64,000 bases of DNA from Alphaproteobacteria bacterium (GTDB taxonomy: Bacteria; Pseudomonadota; Alphaproteobacteria; SHVV01), in contig OZ253470.1 of NCBI GenBank assembly GCA_965261735.1, forward strand, positions 3,136,001 through 3,200,000, written 5' to 3'. The translations under genes and the position numbers were made by a program. Shown here in pieces: positions 1 through 12,915 of this stretch (positions are counted from its first letter, which is position 1; every line of letters starts with the position of its first letter). The notes below the pieces were generated by a model. It saw only the letters and a list, made by a program, of their open reading frames with translations. It searched no databases and was not told the origin of the DNA.

Positions 1-428
1 GGCGGCCAGCCTGCTTCGACGACATATCTGACGATGTCGTTGGTGTTGGCGATGAGGTGGTCGCAGTGGCGATAGTATTTGAGCTTGTAGTAGCCGCCGA
101 GCCGGGCGACGTGAACGAACCGGTGCCGCATACGGCGCGCGCGCGGGCACAGGCGTGTCGCGCGGCTCATCCAGGTGAGCACGACGGCGGGGCCGAAGGC
201 TTCGATGGCGCGCCGGAAGGCGGGCCGGGAATGAACGTCGAGGCGTCCGCCGAACGGCAGCTCCTCCGTGGCAAGCCCACGCTGCGACAGCTGTGCGAGC
301 GCCGGCGAGCCGTATCGCAGCAACAGATACTGCTCGACGCCGGCGCGCGCCAAGGCCGGGCACAGCCTGGCAAAAAAGGCCTCGGCGCCGCCGAAGCGGG
401 CGCTCCCCATGGCCTGAATCACCCGCAC
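1..428 (-). CDS. glycosyltransferase family 4 (LpsD/LpsE-like), runs off window start
   Basis: Own translation from GTG 428: VRVIQAMGSARFGGAEAFF...VLTWMSRA...HVARLGGYYKLKYYRHCDHLIANT; not in the ORF track because no stop falls inside the window. Confidence 0.8.
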   Translation of the reverse strand, partial: MRVIQAMGSARFGGAEAFFARLCPALARAGVEQYLLLRYGSPALAQLSQRGLATEELPFGGRLDVHSRPAFRRAIEAFGPAVVLTWMSRATRLCPRARRMRHRFVHVARLGGYYKLKYYRHCDHLIANTNDIVRYVVEAGWP

Positions 429-461
429 GGCGGCCCCGCCAACCCAACGATGCCACGCGCG

Positions 462-1226
462 CTATTCATTCTCGAGCCGCGCCTTGAGGTGGGACAGTAG
501 CGGATAGAGCCCCGCGAACAGTGCGACCAGGATGCCGAGCGCGCCTTCGCGGTACCCCTTGCGCGCGACGTAGCACTTGTAGAAGCGGGTGAACAACCGC
601 CGCAGGTTGGCGCCCAGGCTTCCGATGTCGCCGGCCTCGCGGAGGTCTTGCGCGCGCGCGGTGGTGTAGCGGTCGAGCCTGTCGATCATGGCCGAGATGT
701 CGCGGTCGACATAATGCGCCATCGGCGCTCGCAAAACCCCGCGCGGCTGCGCCAGGTCGAGGCGGGGGTGGATACGCTGGCGCCCCCATCGCTTGGCGCC
801 GCGCGAGAACAGGCGCGGCGCCGCGGCCACGCCCCAGGACGCGCCCCAGCCGTGGCGGACGAGCCGATCGCCCACATAGTTGTCGAAGGGGACGAGAAAA
901 TAGCCGGCCTTCGCCGTCGCCGCGGTGTCGCGTATTTCCGCGGCCAGGGCTTCCGAGACCCGTTCGTCGGCGTCGACCTCGATGATCCAGTCGCCGGCGC
1001 AGGCATCGATGCCCGCGTTGCGGCGATCGCCCTCGATGGGCCAGGCGCCCTCGATGAGGCGTTCGGTGAATCGGCGCGCAACCGCGGCGGAGCCATCCTC
1101 GCAACGGTCGAGCACGACAACCAGCTCGTCGGCAAATCCGAGGCGCTCGAGGCACGCGGCCAGCTGCCGCTCTTCGTTATGAGCAACGACCAGCGCCGAT
1201 ATCCTGGGCCTCGTCGCCTCGCTCAA
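462..1226 (-). CDS. glycosyltransferase family 2 (LpsC/WaaE-like)
   Basis: ISALVVAHNEE, WIIEVDADE, KGYREG motifs; probable TTG start overlapping the upstream stop. Confidence 0.85.
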   Translation of the reverse strand: MSEATRPRISALVVAHNEERQLAACLERLGFADELVVVLDRCEDGSAAVARRFTERLIEGAWPIEGDRRNAGIDACAGDWIIEVDADERVSEALAAEIRDTAATAKAGYFLVPFDNYVGDRLVRHGWGASWGVAAAPRLFSRGAKRWGRQRIHPRLDLAQPRGVLRAPMAHYVDRDISAMIDRLDRYTTARAQDLREAGDIGSLGANLRRLFTRFYKCYVARKGYREGALGILVALFAGLYPLLSHLKARLENE

Positions 1227-2185
1227 GCGGCGTCCCCGCGCGCGCGGCGCCACAATGCGACCGCTGCGTCCTCCACGGCGTCGACGCCGAGCGAGCCCAT
1301 CAGCGTGTCTTGGCGCCGGTAGTCGTAGCCGGGCGCGCCCACGAGGGCCTCATAGGAGAGCGCCGTGCGCACGACCGCCGCGTATTCGCCGACCGGCGCG
1401 TAGTGGACCTCCCGGCTCGGCCCGAACAGCCCCAGCGTTGGCACGCCGCTTGCCGCCGCGAGGTGCATGAGGCCCGAATCATTGCCGATATAGAGTGAGG
1501 ATCGCTCGAGGCACGCGTACGCCGTCAACAGGTCGGTGGTGCCGACGAGGTCGATACGCCGCGGCTCGGGAATGCTGTCGATGACCGGGGCCGCGGCGCC
1601 GCGCTCACCCTCGGCGCCGAGCACCGCGACCGTCGCGCCGGCGAGGGCCGCGCCGGGCGCGGTAAGGCGGGCTATGAGTTCGGCGAAGCGGAGCGCCGGC
1701 CATTGCTTGGCACCCCAGTTGGCGGTCGGGCCCACGGCCAGCACCGGCCCGTCGCCGGGGATGAGCCGCGCCGCCGCCTGCCGGTGCGATGGCGCTAGCC
1801 AGATGCGTGGCGCCAGCGGTGTCTCCAGCCCGATCGTCGCCGCGAATTGCCGGGTGCGGTGTTCGAGGGCGTCGCTCGGGCGGGTGACGGAGCGGGTACG
1901 GGCGCGCACCAGCCAGGCGAGGGCCGACGCCCGAAGATCGACGACGATATCCCAGTGCGTGCCGACCGCTTGGCGCCACAGGTCGAGCCAATGCCCGGCC
2001 CAGCGCCGCTTGACGAGGACAATGCGCCGCGTGACGCCCGGTGTGGCCTCGAACAGCGGTGCCGCCGCCGGGCCGCAGGCGAGGGTGATGCGCGCGTCCG
2101 GATAGCGCTCGATGAGGTGGTTCAGCACCCCCGACGACAGCACGGCATCGCCGATGCGAGTCGAAGCAACGTACAGGATTCTCAC
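1223..2185 (-). CDS. glycosyltransferase family 9 (heptosyltransferase-like)
   Basis: RIGDAVLS, GNDSGLMHLAAASGVPTLGLFGPS motifs; GTG start at 2185 inferred. Confidence 0.88.
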   Translation of the reverse strand: MRILYVASTRIGDAVLSSGVLNHLIERYPDARITLACGPAAAPLFEATPGVTRRIVLVKRRWAGHWLDLWRQAVGTHWDIVVDLRASALAWLVRARTRSVTRPSDALEHRTRQFAATIGLETPLAPRIWLAPSHRQAAARLIPGDGPVLAVGPTANWGAKQWPALRFAELIARLTAPGAALAGATVAVLGAEGERGAAAPVIDSIPEPRRIDLVGTTDLLTAYACLERSSLYIGNDSGLMHLAAASGVPTLGLFGPSREVHYAPVGEYAAVVRTALSYEALVGAPGYDYRRQDTLMGSLGVDAVEDAAVALWRRARGDAA

Positions 2186-2196
2186 TTTCCGGCCCG

Positions 2197-2697
2197 TTAC
2201 AGACGCGCCAGCCAGGCTTCCACCCGCTCGCGGTTGATGCCGAAGTCGGCGCGGCCATAAAGCGCACGGCTGAAGACCGCGAGCGACGCACCATCCGCAT
2301 CGAGATCGTAGAACCGCACCGTGATGATGTCGGGAAACCGAAACACGGCAGAGCGCTGAACGTAGTCGTGCTGGCGCAGGGAATCGTCGCGCCCGAGTAC
2401 CACGACACGAGGCTCGAGCGCGATCATCGCCCGCCAGCGGGCTTCGAGGGCGGCCACCGGTTGCACAAACACCGGGCTCTCGGCGTGTGTCGCATCGGCG
2501 CATTGGTCCGGCGGGCATGCGAGATACTGGTTCGAGGCCTCCGAGAGCGCGATGTGATCGAAGTCCACCTTGTCGAGCGGGCCGATGCCGAAGATCCGAT
2601 CGCGAGGGTCGCCGTCGCATGCCGCCAGCAGGGCGGCGACGACGCCGATCACGAGAGACCGGCGGCAAGCGGTGATGGCACCACGGCACAGGCTCAT
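2197..2697 (-). CDS. DUF1499-like lipoprotein
   Basis: LLAAC lipobox; NQYLACP, FRFPDIITV, YGRADFGINRERV motifs. Confidence 0.75.
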   Translation of the reverse strand: MSLCRGAITACRRSLVIGVVAALLAACDGDPRDRIFGIGPLDKVDFDHIALSEASNQYLACPPDQCADATHAESPVFVQPVAALEARWRAMIALEPRVVVLGRDDSLRQHDYVQRSAVFRFPDIITVRFYDLDADGASLAVFSRALYGRADFGINRERVEAWLARL

Positions 2698-2816
2698 TTC
2701 CGGCCCTTATACGTCCGCCCCGAGTCCGTGCCAAGGGCCGTGCGCCACTTGCCAAAGAGGGGCGCTTCGCCTAAGTGATGAGCGATGACGCCCCTCACCT
2801 TCCCGTGCCAGGTGCC

Positions 2817-3728
2817 ATGACATCGAAAACCTCGATCGTGCTGGATGACCGCGCCCTTCTCGCGGTATCGGGGGAGGACGCGCGGCCCTTTCTCCAGGGC
2901 CTCATCTCCAACGACGTCAACAAGGTTGGGCCTGGGTGCGCGATCTACGCGAGCCTCCTCACCGCGCAGGGCAAGTTCCTGCACGACTTCTTCGTCACCG
3001 AGCTCGCGATGGACGGCGAGCGGGCGCTCGTGCTCGACTGCGAGGCCGGGCGTTGCGCTGATCTCGAACGTCGCCTCACCCTCTACAAGCTGCGCGCCAA
3101 GGTAACGCTCACGAACCTCACCGACGACTATGTGGCGGCGGCGCTGCTCGGCGAGGCCGTGCTTGCCGATCTCGGGCTCGCGGCTGAGGCCGGTGCCGCC
3201 TGCCTATGGGGCGGTGGCGTCGTCTACGTCGATCCGCGCCTCTCCGCCATGGGCGCGCGCGCCCTGTTGCCGCGGCGGGGCGCCGACGAAGCGCTCGCCG
3301 AGGCTGGCTTCGCGGCCGCGGACCGGGCCGACTACGACCGGCTCCGGCTCGCGCACGGCCTGCCCGACGGCAGCCGCGACATGGTGGTCGAGAAGTCGTT
3401 CCCGCTCGAGTGCGGCATCGAGGACCTCAACGGCATCGACTACGACAAGGGCTGCTACGTCGGCCAGGAACTGACCGCCCGCACCCACTACCGCGGCACC
3501 ATCCGCAAGCGGCTGATCCGTGTCGACATCGAGGGACCGGTGCCGGCGCCGGGCACGCCGATCATGCTCGGCGACAAGCAGGCCGGCGAGGTGCGGTCGG
3601 GTCGGGATGGTTCCGCCATAGCGCTGTTGCGGCTCGAACAGCTGGCGGCGGTGCAAGCAGGTGGCGGCCCCTTCACCGCGGGCGAGGCCCGCGTCACGCC
3701 CGTCAAGCCCGAATGGGCCCGCTTCTAG
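2817..3728 (+). CDS. ygfZ: folate-binding protein YgfZ
   Basis: FLQGLISND and KGCYVGQE signature. Confidence 0.92.
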   Translation: MTSKTSIVLDDRALLAVSGEDARPFLQGLISNDVNKVGPGCAIYASLLTAQGKFLHDFFVTELAMDGERALVLDCEAGRCADLERRLTLYKLRAKVTLTNLTDDYVAAALLGEAVLADLGLAAEAGAACLWGGGVVYVDPRLSAMGARALLPRRGADEALAEAGFAAADRADYDRLRLAHGLPDGSRDMVVEKSFPLECGIEDLNGIDYDKGCYVGQELTARTHYRGTIRKRLIRVDIEGPVPAPGTPIMLGDKQAGEVRSGRDGSAIALLRLEQLAAVQAGGGPFTAGEARVTPVKPEWARF

Positions 3729-3756
3729 ACGATCCGCCCTCGGACCGACCGGGGTG

Positions 3757-4329
3757 GTGACGCGGTGCCCATGGCCGAGCGAGGACCCGATGTACCTCGC
3801 CTACCACGACGAAGAGTGGGGCGTGCCCGAGCATGACGACCGTGCCCTGTTCGAGAAGCTCGTCCTCGACGGCTTCCAGGCCGGCCTGAGCTGGCTCATC
3901 ATCCTGCGCAAGCGCGAGAACTTCCAGCGCGCCTTCAGCGGCTTCGATCCCGTCAAGATCGCCCGCTATCGCCCCGCCAAGGTCGCCGCGCTGATGAACG
4001 ATGCCGGCATCGTGCGCAACCGGGCCAAGATCGAAGGCACCATCGCCAATGCCCGCGGGTTTCTCGCGATCCTCGAGGAGGGCCAGAGCTTCGACTCCTA
4101 CTTGTGGCAATTCACCGACGGTCGGACGATCAAGAACGCCCACCGCTCGCTCGACGATCTGCCCGCGCAATCGCCCGAGTCCAAGGCGATGAGCAAGGAC
4201 CTGCGGGCGCGCGGCTTCAAGTTCGTCGGCCCGACCATCTGCTACGCCTTCATGCAGGCGGTCGGCATGGCGAACGACCACCTGGTCGACTGCTTCCGCT
4301 ACCGGGAGGTGGCGCGGCGCCGACCATGA
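3757..4329 (+). CDS. tag: DNA-3-methyladenine glycosylase I
   Basis: YHDEEWGVP, FQAGLSW, GFKFVGPTICYAFMQAVG..NDHLVDC. Confidence 0.93.
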   Translation: MTRCPWPSEDPMYLAYHDEEWGVPEHDDRALFEKLVLDGFQAGLSWLIILRKRENFQRAFSGFDPVKIARYRPAKVAALMNDAGIVRNRAKIEGTIANARGFLAILEEGQSFDSYLWQFTDGRTIKNAHRSLDDLPAQSPESKAMSKDLRARGFKFVGPTICYAFMQAVGMANDHLVDCFRYREVARRRP

Positions 4330-4773
4330 TCCGCGACTGCACGTCGGCCGACTTCGCTGCCATCCACGCCGTTATCAACGAGGCCGCGGCCTCCTACCAG
4401 GGCGTTATCCCTGCCGACCGCTGGCACGAGCCCTACATGGCGGAGGACGAGCTGCGCGGGGAACTCGCGGCGGGCGTCGCCTTCCTGGGCTACGAGCGCG
4501 AAGGGGAGCTGGCCGGCGTGATGGGCATCCAGCCGTTCGCCGACGTTGTGCTGATCCGCCACGCCTACGTGCGCCCCACTAGCCAACGCCGCGGCATCGG
4601 CGGCCGCTTGCTGGCGGCCGCGCGTGACCGCGCCCGTGCGCCGGTGGCTCGTCGGCACGTGGGCAGCCGCGGTCGGGGCCGTCAGCTTCTATGAGAGGCA
4701 CGGGTTCCGCGTCGTCTGCGAAGCGGACAAGGCCGCGCTGCTGGATCGATATTTCCGGAGCTGGCTGGAGTAA
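4326..4773 (+). pseudogene. GNAT acetyltransferase, frameshifted near 4645 and 3'-truncated
   Basis: IRHAYVRPTSQRRGIG motif; continuation LVGTWAAA..FYERHGF lies in another frame; runs into a low-GC segment at ~4752. Confidence 0.75.
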
Positions 4774-5060
4774 GTGTGCTTGATGGACCAACGAAGATTT
4801 TTATAAGTATGAATCTTGCCGCCGCCTTGGCCACTATCTTTGCATTGTATCGCCGTGCCGCAAGTATGATGTTGCTCTTGTTTATGATGGTCTTTCTGCA
4901 GGATATACCGGATTATGCTTTAGCATTATCTCAGGGGAATACTTGTTCCCGTTTGTTCTATTCTTGATCTTCGTCATCTGGGTGCCATCTGCTTGGGGTG
5001 TTCTTGCCTACCGCGCAGTCGCCTGGCGACCGCGCCCGCCTCGCCGCCGTCCATCGACAT
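4752..5060 (+). pseudogene. fragment of a low-GC membrane protein gene
   Basis: Three hydrophobic segments joined across a frameshift at GGGG ~4934; AT-rich relative to neighbours; no clear start. Confidence 0.45.
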
Positions 5061-5168
5061 GATGACGCCAGCGAGATTTCCCATCTCCTCGGCTCGTGCC
5101 GCTGATTCCTCGCCGGTAGCCCGCAGCTCTAATGGGACGCACCCTAATCCGTCTTAGGGGGACACACC

Positions 5169-7859
<2,691 letters not shown>

Positions 7860-7870
7860 GGCGCTGGCGA

Positions 7871-9994
7871 CTACCCTTCGATCTGCGAAAAGTCGGCGAC
7901 CGTGTCGAACGGCTCGCGAATGTTCGACAAGAAACGCAGCCGCCTCTCCCTAAGTTTCCTATCCACATCGTTTACGGTGATTCGATCGAAGAACATATCG
8001 ACCGGCTGACGCAACGGCGCCAGTTCGGACATAGCGCCGGTGAAGTCTCCACTCTTCAGCGCTTGTTTACTTGCCGTCATCGAGGCCGTCAGACTGGAGT
8101 ACAGTGCCCTTTCCTCGGGCTGAGCGTACTCCATCCAGTCGGCCAATTCGTTGTTGGACAATCCCTTGTAAGAACGGCCGTCCTTCTTTTCCTCGATGCG
8201 GACGATATTGGCGGCGCGCTTGTAGGCTGTGAGCAGGTTGCCACCGTCATCGGTATCGAGGAATTCTTGCAACGCCTCGACCCGCGCCATGAGCCGCACC
8301 AGGTCGTCCTCGCCGGTGAGCGCAAAGACCGCCGCAATGAGATCGTGGCGCACGCCGCGCTCGCGCAGATGCACCTTGAGTCGGTCGGCGATGAATCCTA
8401 AAACATCGTCAGCCACCTGCTCCGTTTGATAGCGCAGCATCGCACCCTGCCCAGAGTATGCTTTCCAAGATCCCGCCAGTATCGTTCGCAGCGGAAGTCG
8501 AAGGTCGTTCTCCAAAATAATGCGAATCACGCCGAGCGCTGCGCGCCGTAGGGCGAAGGGATCCCTTGAGCCGGTCGGCTTTTCGCCTCGCCCGAAGAAT
8601 CCGGTTAGTGTGTCAAGTTTGTCTGCTAGTGCCACTGCGACGGATATCGACGCACTGGGGCATGTGTCGTTCGGGCCCAAGGGCGAATAATGATCCCTGA
8701 TGGCGTCGGCGACGTCCGCCGACTCACCGTCAGCGAGCGCATAATATCGCCCTGCAACGCCCTGTAGTTCGGGGAACTCTGCCACCATGGCTGTCGTAAG
8801 GTCAGCTTTAGCGAGTCGCGCCGCGGCGCGTACGTGACTCCGGTCCGTTTGAGGAACAAACGGAATCAAATCGAGGGCGAGTGACTCCATTCGGTCGGCT
8901 TTTTGATCGAGAGAGCCCAGACCGGCAAAAAAAACAATGCCCCAGAGCGCCGGTACTCGGCTCTCAAGCGTTGACTTGCGGTCCTGGTCCCAGAAGTACT
9001 TGGCGTCGGCGAGGCGGGCGCGTAAGACCCGCTCGTTGCCGGCGATGATGGCGGCGCCGCCGTCCTCGGCCTCGATGTTGGCGACGACGATGAAGCGGGG
9101 CGCGAGGTCGCCGGCGGCGTTGCGGAGCGAGAAGTACTTCTGGTGGGTGCGCATTGAGGCGCGCAGGGCCTCCGGTGGAAGCTCCAGGAACGCCTCGTCG
9201 AACCGCCCCATAAGCACCACCGGCCACTCGACGAGCCCCGCGTTCTCCGCGACCAGCGCTTCGTCCTCGACGAGGGTCAACCCCTCCCCCGCCGCCAGTT
9301 CGTTCGCGCTGTCGCGGATGATGCGCTTGCGCTCCTCCGCATCGAGGATGACGTACGCCCCGCGCAGTCCTTGTTCGTAGTCGGCGAAGTTTTTGACCTC
9401 GAATGCTTCGGGTGCGTGGAATCGATGTCCGCGTGTTTTCCCAGTGGCAACCAAACCTCTTCCTACAGGTTCATCATCTATCAGTTCGATGGAATACGGT
9501 ATCGACTTACCCCCAAAAACTGCCAGCAATGAATGAATGGGGCGGACCCACAGAAACCTATTCGCGCCCCAACGCATCGACTTGGGCCAATGCAACGACG
9601 AAATCGCCCACGCCACCGCCAGCCCGGCACCTATTTGGGTCGGCTGCCCTTCCTTTTCGACAACAGCAAACAACACCTTGCCCCTGTCGGTATCGCGCTC
9701 CTCGACGCGCTCATCCTGCGCTCGATCGAGCGAGTTCATGAAGCCGTCGATCGCTTTTTGCGGCGCATCGACTCGCGGCCCTTTTCGCTCCTTGTGGACC
9801 TTGGGCTGCTGTTCGGGCAGGCCGTCGACGACCAGTGCGAGGCGGCGCGGCGTCGCGAAGGCGCGCGCATTGTCAAAAGACAGGCCGGCCTCATCGAGCC
9901 CCTTGGTGACGAGGCGCTTGAGGTCGGCCGCCGCGCGCTCCTGCATGCCGGCCGGAATCTCCTCCGACAGAAGCTCTAGCAGCAGTTCGGCCAC
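7871..9994 (-). CDS. glyS: glycine--tRNA ligase beta subunit
   Basis: LLLELLSEEIPA, WPKSMRWG, GNERVLRARLADA, EFPELQG, PTGSRDPFALRRAA; downstream of glyQ. Confidence 0.96.
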   Translation of the reverse strand: MAELLLELLSEEIPAGMQERAAADLKRLVTKGLDEAGLSFDNARAFATPRRLALVVDGLPEQQPKVHKERKGPRVDAPQKAIDGFMNSLDRAQDERVEERDTDRGKVLFAVVEKEGQPTQIGAGLAVAWAISSLHWPKSMRWGANRFLWVRPIHSLLAVFGGKSIPYSIELIDDEPVGRGLVATGKTRGHRFHAPEAFEVKNFADYEQGLRGAYVILDAEERKRIIRDSANELAAGEGLTLVEDEALVAENAGLVEWPVVLMGRFDEAFLELPPEALRASMRTHQKYFSLRNAAGDLAPRFIVVANIEAEDGGAAIIAGNERVLRARLADAKYFWDQDRKSTLESRVPALWGIVFFAGLGSLDQKADRMESLALDLIPFVPQTDRSHVRAAARLAKADLTTAMVAEFPELQGVAGRYYALADGESADVADAIRDHYSPLGPNDTCPSASISVAVALADKLDTLTGFFGRGEKPTGSRDPFALRRAALGVIRIILENDLRLPLRTILAGSWKAYSGQGAMLRYQTEQVADDVLGFIADRLKVHLRERGVRHDLIAAVFALTGEDDLVRLMARVEALQEFLDTDDGGNLLTAYKRAANIVRIEEKKDGRSYKGLSNNELADWMEYAQPEERALYSSLTASMTASKQALKSGDFTGAMSELAPLRQPVDMFFDRITVNDVDRKLRERRLRFLSNIREPFDTVADFSQIEG

Positions 9995-10037
9995 GGCTCG
10001 GATTCCGCTCGCGAGGAAAGAAGATGCGGCTCGACGC

Positions 10038-10260
10038 GCCCTCGCCCTACCCCCTCCCACCAGGGGAGGGGGATGTACGGGGTGGGTGCCCGCGCCAAAC
10101 GACAGCCAAGAGTAGGCTGCGTCGACCAGAGGAAACCTACTCGCCCTCCCCCTACCCCCTCCCACGGGGGGAGGGGGGCTACGTCAGCTCGCGCCCCACG
10201 GTCCCGTCCCTCCTTGTGCGGGAGGGATAGGGAGGGGGGTTCGCTGCGGGAGGGGGAGCG
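10038..10260. repeat. composite C-rich/G-rich palindromic REP-like element between glyQ and glyS
   Basis: Three CCCTCC..GGAGGG hairpins; 27 bp ccctaccccctcccaccaggggagggg (10045-10071) identical to 57353-57379. Confidence 0.8.
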
Positions 10261-10307
10261 GGTGCCGGGCATGGTGCCGGCGTTTCGCCCCTCCTGCCGC
10301 TCGGGGG

Positions 10308-11204
10308 TCATGCGCCCGTTCCGGGCTTCGCCCCGCGGCTGGCCAGCCACGTCTCGCAGCAGCCCTTGGCGAGCGCGCGGATGCGGGCGATGTACTGGGC
10401 ACGCTCGGTGACGCTGATGCGCCCGCGGGCATCGAGGAGGTTGAACAGGTGGCTCGCCTTCAAGCACTGATCGTAGGCCGGCAGCGCGAGGTCCGCCCGG
10501 AGCAGCGCGCCGCATTCGTCTTCCGCATCGGCGAAGTGCCGCACCAGCCGGTCCGCGTCCGCATGCTCGAAGTTGAAGGCGGAGAACTCGCGCTCGGACT
10601 GGCGGTACACATCGCCGTAGGTCACGCCCTGGCCGTTCCAGTCGAGATCAAAGACGTTGTCGACCCCCTGGACGTACATCGCCAGGCGCTCGAGCCCGTA
10701 GGTGATCTCGCCCGAGACGATGTCGAGGTCGAGCCCGCCGACCTGCTGGAAATAGGTGAACTGGCTCACCTCCATGCCGTCGCACCACACCTCCCAGCCG
10801 AGCCCCCAGGCGCCCAGCGTGGGGCTCTCCCAGTCGTCCTCGACGAAGCGGATGTCGTGGACACGCGAATCGATACCGAGGTCGTCCAGGCTGTCGAGGT
10901 AGACCTGCTGGATATCCTCAGGTGAGGGCTTGAGGATGACCTGGAATTGGTAGAAGCGCTGCAGGCGGTTGGGGTTGTCGGCATAGCGGCCGTCGGTGGG
11001 GCGGCGCGAGGGCTGCACGTAGGCGGCACGCCAGTGCTCGGGCCCGAGCGCGCGCAGCGTCGTCGCCGGGTGGAAGGTGCCGGCGCCGACCTCGAGGTCA
11101 TAGGGCTGCAACAGTACGCACCCCTGCCCCGCCCAAAACGACTGCAGCTTGAGGATCAGCTCCTGGAACGAGGCGCCGGTGGGCGCGGCGCCAAGCTCGC
11201 TCAC
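10308..11204 (-). CDS. glyQ: glycine--tRNA ligase alpha subunit
   Basis: [57 protein letters not shown]. Confidence 0.98.
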   Translation of the reverse strand: MSELGAAPTGASFQELILKLQSFWAGQGCVLLQPYDLEVGAGTFHPATTLRALGPEHWRAAYVQPSRRPTDGRYADNPNRLQRFYQFQVILKPSPEDIQQVYLDSLDDLGIDSRVHDIRFVEDDWESPTLGAWGLGWEVWCDGMEVSQFTYFQQVGGLDLDIVSGEITYGLERLAMYVQGVDNVFDLDWNGQGVTYGDVYRQSEREFSAFNFEHADADRLVRHFADAEDECGALLRADLALPAYDQCLKASHLFNLLDARGRISVTERAQYIARIRALAKGCCETWLASRGAKPGTGA

Positions 11205-11422
11205 GCCGAGTAGGGGCAGCCGTCGCGCTCACAAGCGGCGGCGGCCGGCGAGACGTAGGCGCTGCACACGGCGCAGCGCTCGAGGTCTTCCGTGACCGCG
11301 GTTGAGCTCCGGCGGAGCCCGCCGCGGGCGCCCGCGCCTGACGAAAGCGTGCGCGACACCAGGCGGTAGCCGTACAACACGGCGGCGATCACCAGTCCGG
11401 TAAAGATGATCTTCCAGATCAT
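11201..11422 (-). CDS. small membrane-anchored protein with CxxC..CxxxxC motif
   Basis: N-terminal TM helix, [21 protein letters not shown]; stop overlaps the glyQ start. Confidence 0.7.
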   Translation of the reverse strand: MIWKIIFTGLVIAAVLYGYRLVSRTLSSGAGARGGLRRSSTAVTEDLERCAVCSAYVSPAAAACERDGCPYSA

Positions 11423-11563
11423 GGTCGAGGTTTAGAAGGAAGCTCGCAGGCGGTCAAGGAGCGCTCCGTCCTTTTTGGCGACATGGCCCTTATGCCGGGG
11501 CCGACGGCGGGTTCGGTCCCGCGGCCCGGCCGCGCGCGCTCCTAACCTGGCGGGCCGCCTTGC

Positions 11564-11589
11564 TCAGGCGAAGCGATAAACCAGCCTGA
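11564..11589 (-). pseudogene. last codons of DHFR/RibD-C family gene (RLVYRFA*)
   Basis: Joins in frame to ..FPCGVV at 12941 when the IS110 is removed. Confidence 0.75.
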
Positions 11590-11668
11590 TGGTATGGACG
11601 CCCCCTACGGCTTCACGATGAGCCATACTGGAGTGTGTTGAACAACCCAGACAGAGGGAGCGTCCACG

Positions 11669-12688
11669 ATGGATATTACGACAATTGGGTTTGATCTGGC
11701 AAAGACGGTGTTCCAGGTTCACGGTGCTGATGGTGAGGGACGACCGGTACTACGGCGGAAGCTGCGCCGCGGGAAGGTGCTGGCGTTCTTCGCCGGATTG
11801 CCATCCTGTCTTGTCGGTATGGAAGCCTGTGCCTCTGCGCACTATTGGGCTCGGGAACTGCAAGCACACGGGCACAAAGTTCAGCTGATTCCGCCTCAAT
11901 ACGTTCGTCCCTTCGTCAAAACGAATAAGAACGACGCAGCGGATGCGGAAGCGATCTGTGAGGCAGTGACGCGTCCGACGATGCGCTTTGCACCGGCGAA
12001 AAGCGCCGAGCAGCAGTCGGTTCTGATGCTGCACCGGGCCCGAGAGCTGTTGGTCCGTCAACGCACGATGGTGATCAATGCGCTTCGCGGCCACTGTGCG
12101 GAGTTCGGACTGATCGTCGCTCAGGGGGCGTCGAAGGTGGAGGAACTGGTTGCCATTATCGAAGATCCCGGCGATGTGCGACTGCCGCCTCTGGCACGCG
12201 AGGCGCTTGGCTCTCTGGTTGAGCAGCTCCGTTCTGCTCAGGCCCGGATCAAGCAGCTGGAAGTGACGCTTTTGGCATGGCACCGCTCCAACGAGGCGAG
12301 CCGCCGTCTTGCGACGATCCCCGGCGTCGGTGTCATCACCGCGACGGCGCTGGTCGCGACGATCGGCGATGGCGCACAGTTCCGCTCGGGCCGACAGCTT
12401 TCGGCCTGGCTCGGTCTCGTGCCCCGGCAGCACTCGAGTGGCGGCAAGGATAGACTGGGACGGATATCGAAGCGCGGGGATGGCTATATCAGGCGCTTGC
12501 TCGTGCATGGTGCGCGAACCGTGCTGCGCTGGCGCCGCGCCAAGCCGGGCACGGGGCCTGGCTGGACCGACCGGCTCCTGGCGCGGCGGCCGACAAACGT
12601 GGTGCTGGTCGCCATGGCCAATAAGGCAGCCCGTGTCGCCTGGGCACTGCTCAGGTACGAGCGTATCTACCGACCGACGCCGGCATAG
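11669..12688 (+). CDS. IS110/IS1111 DEDD recombinase (transposase)
   Basis: IGFDLAKTVFQVHG, GMEAC, KNDAADAEAI, TIPGVG, GLVPRQHSSGGK..ISKRGD. Confidence 0.96.
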   Translation: MDITTIGFDLAKTVFQVHGADGEGRPVLRRKLRRGKVLAFFAGLPSCLVGMEACASAHYWARELQAHGHKVQLIPPQYVRPFVKTNKNDAADAEAICEAVTRPTMRFAPAKSAEQQSVLMLHRARELLVRQRTMVINALRGHCAEFGLIVAQGASKVEELVAIIEDPGDVRLPPLAREALGSLVEQLRSAQARIKQLEVTLLAWHRSNEASRRLATIPGVGVITATALVATIGDGAQFRSGRQLSAWLGLVPRQHSSGGKDRLGRISKRGDGYIRRLLVHGARTVLRWRRAKPGTGPGWTDRLLARRPTNVVLVAMANKAARVAWALLRYERIYRPTPA

Positions 12689-12699
12689 CCAGCTGGCAA

Positions 12700-12890
12700 A
12701 CCGGGATCAAATTGCGAGGGTGACGACGATTTGATGGCGAAACAGGGTTCCACCCGAGATCGGCCAAACCCGAGGCATTGTCCGAGCATCAAGCTCGTTA
12801 GTCTGACTGGGCGTCGATCTTTCGGATTCCATCAGGGCCAGCGGTCAGCGTACCGCAGCGAAAAGGCCGGATACATGACTGCAAGCTCTA
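12700..12890 (+). ncRNA. putative bridge RNA / seekRNA
   Basis: 5' hairpin 12706-12735 followed by two guide-bearing loops matching the target site and the circle junction (see findings); transcript ends not determined. Confidence 0.75.
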
Positions 12891-12915
12891 CCGCCGATTC
12901 AAATCGGTTTTCCCC

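Noticed and set aside
9995-10165. N-terminal extension of GlyS predicted by the ORF track
   Set aside because: Translation of the palindromic repeat; the conserved N-terminus starts at GTG 9994
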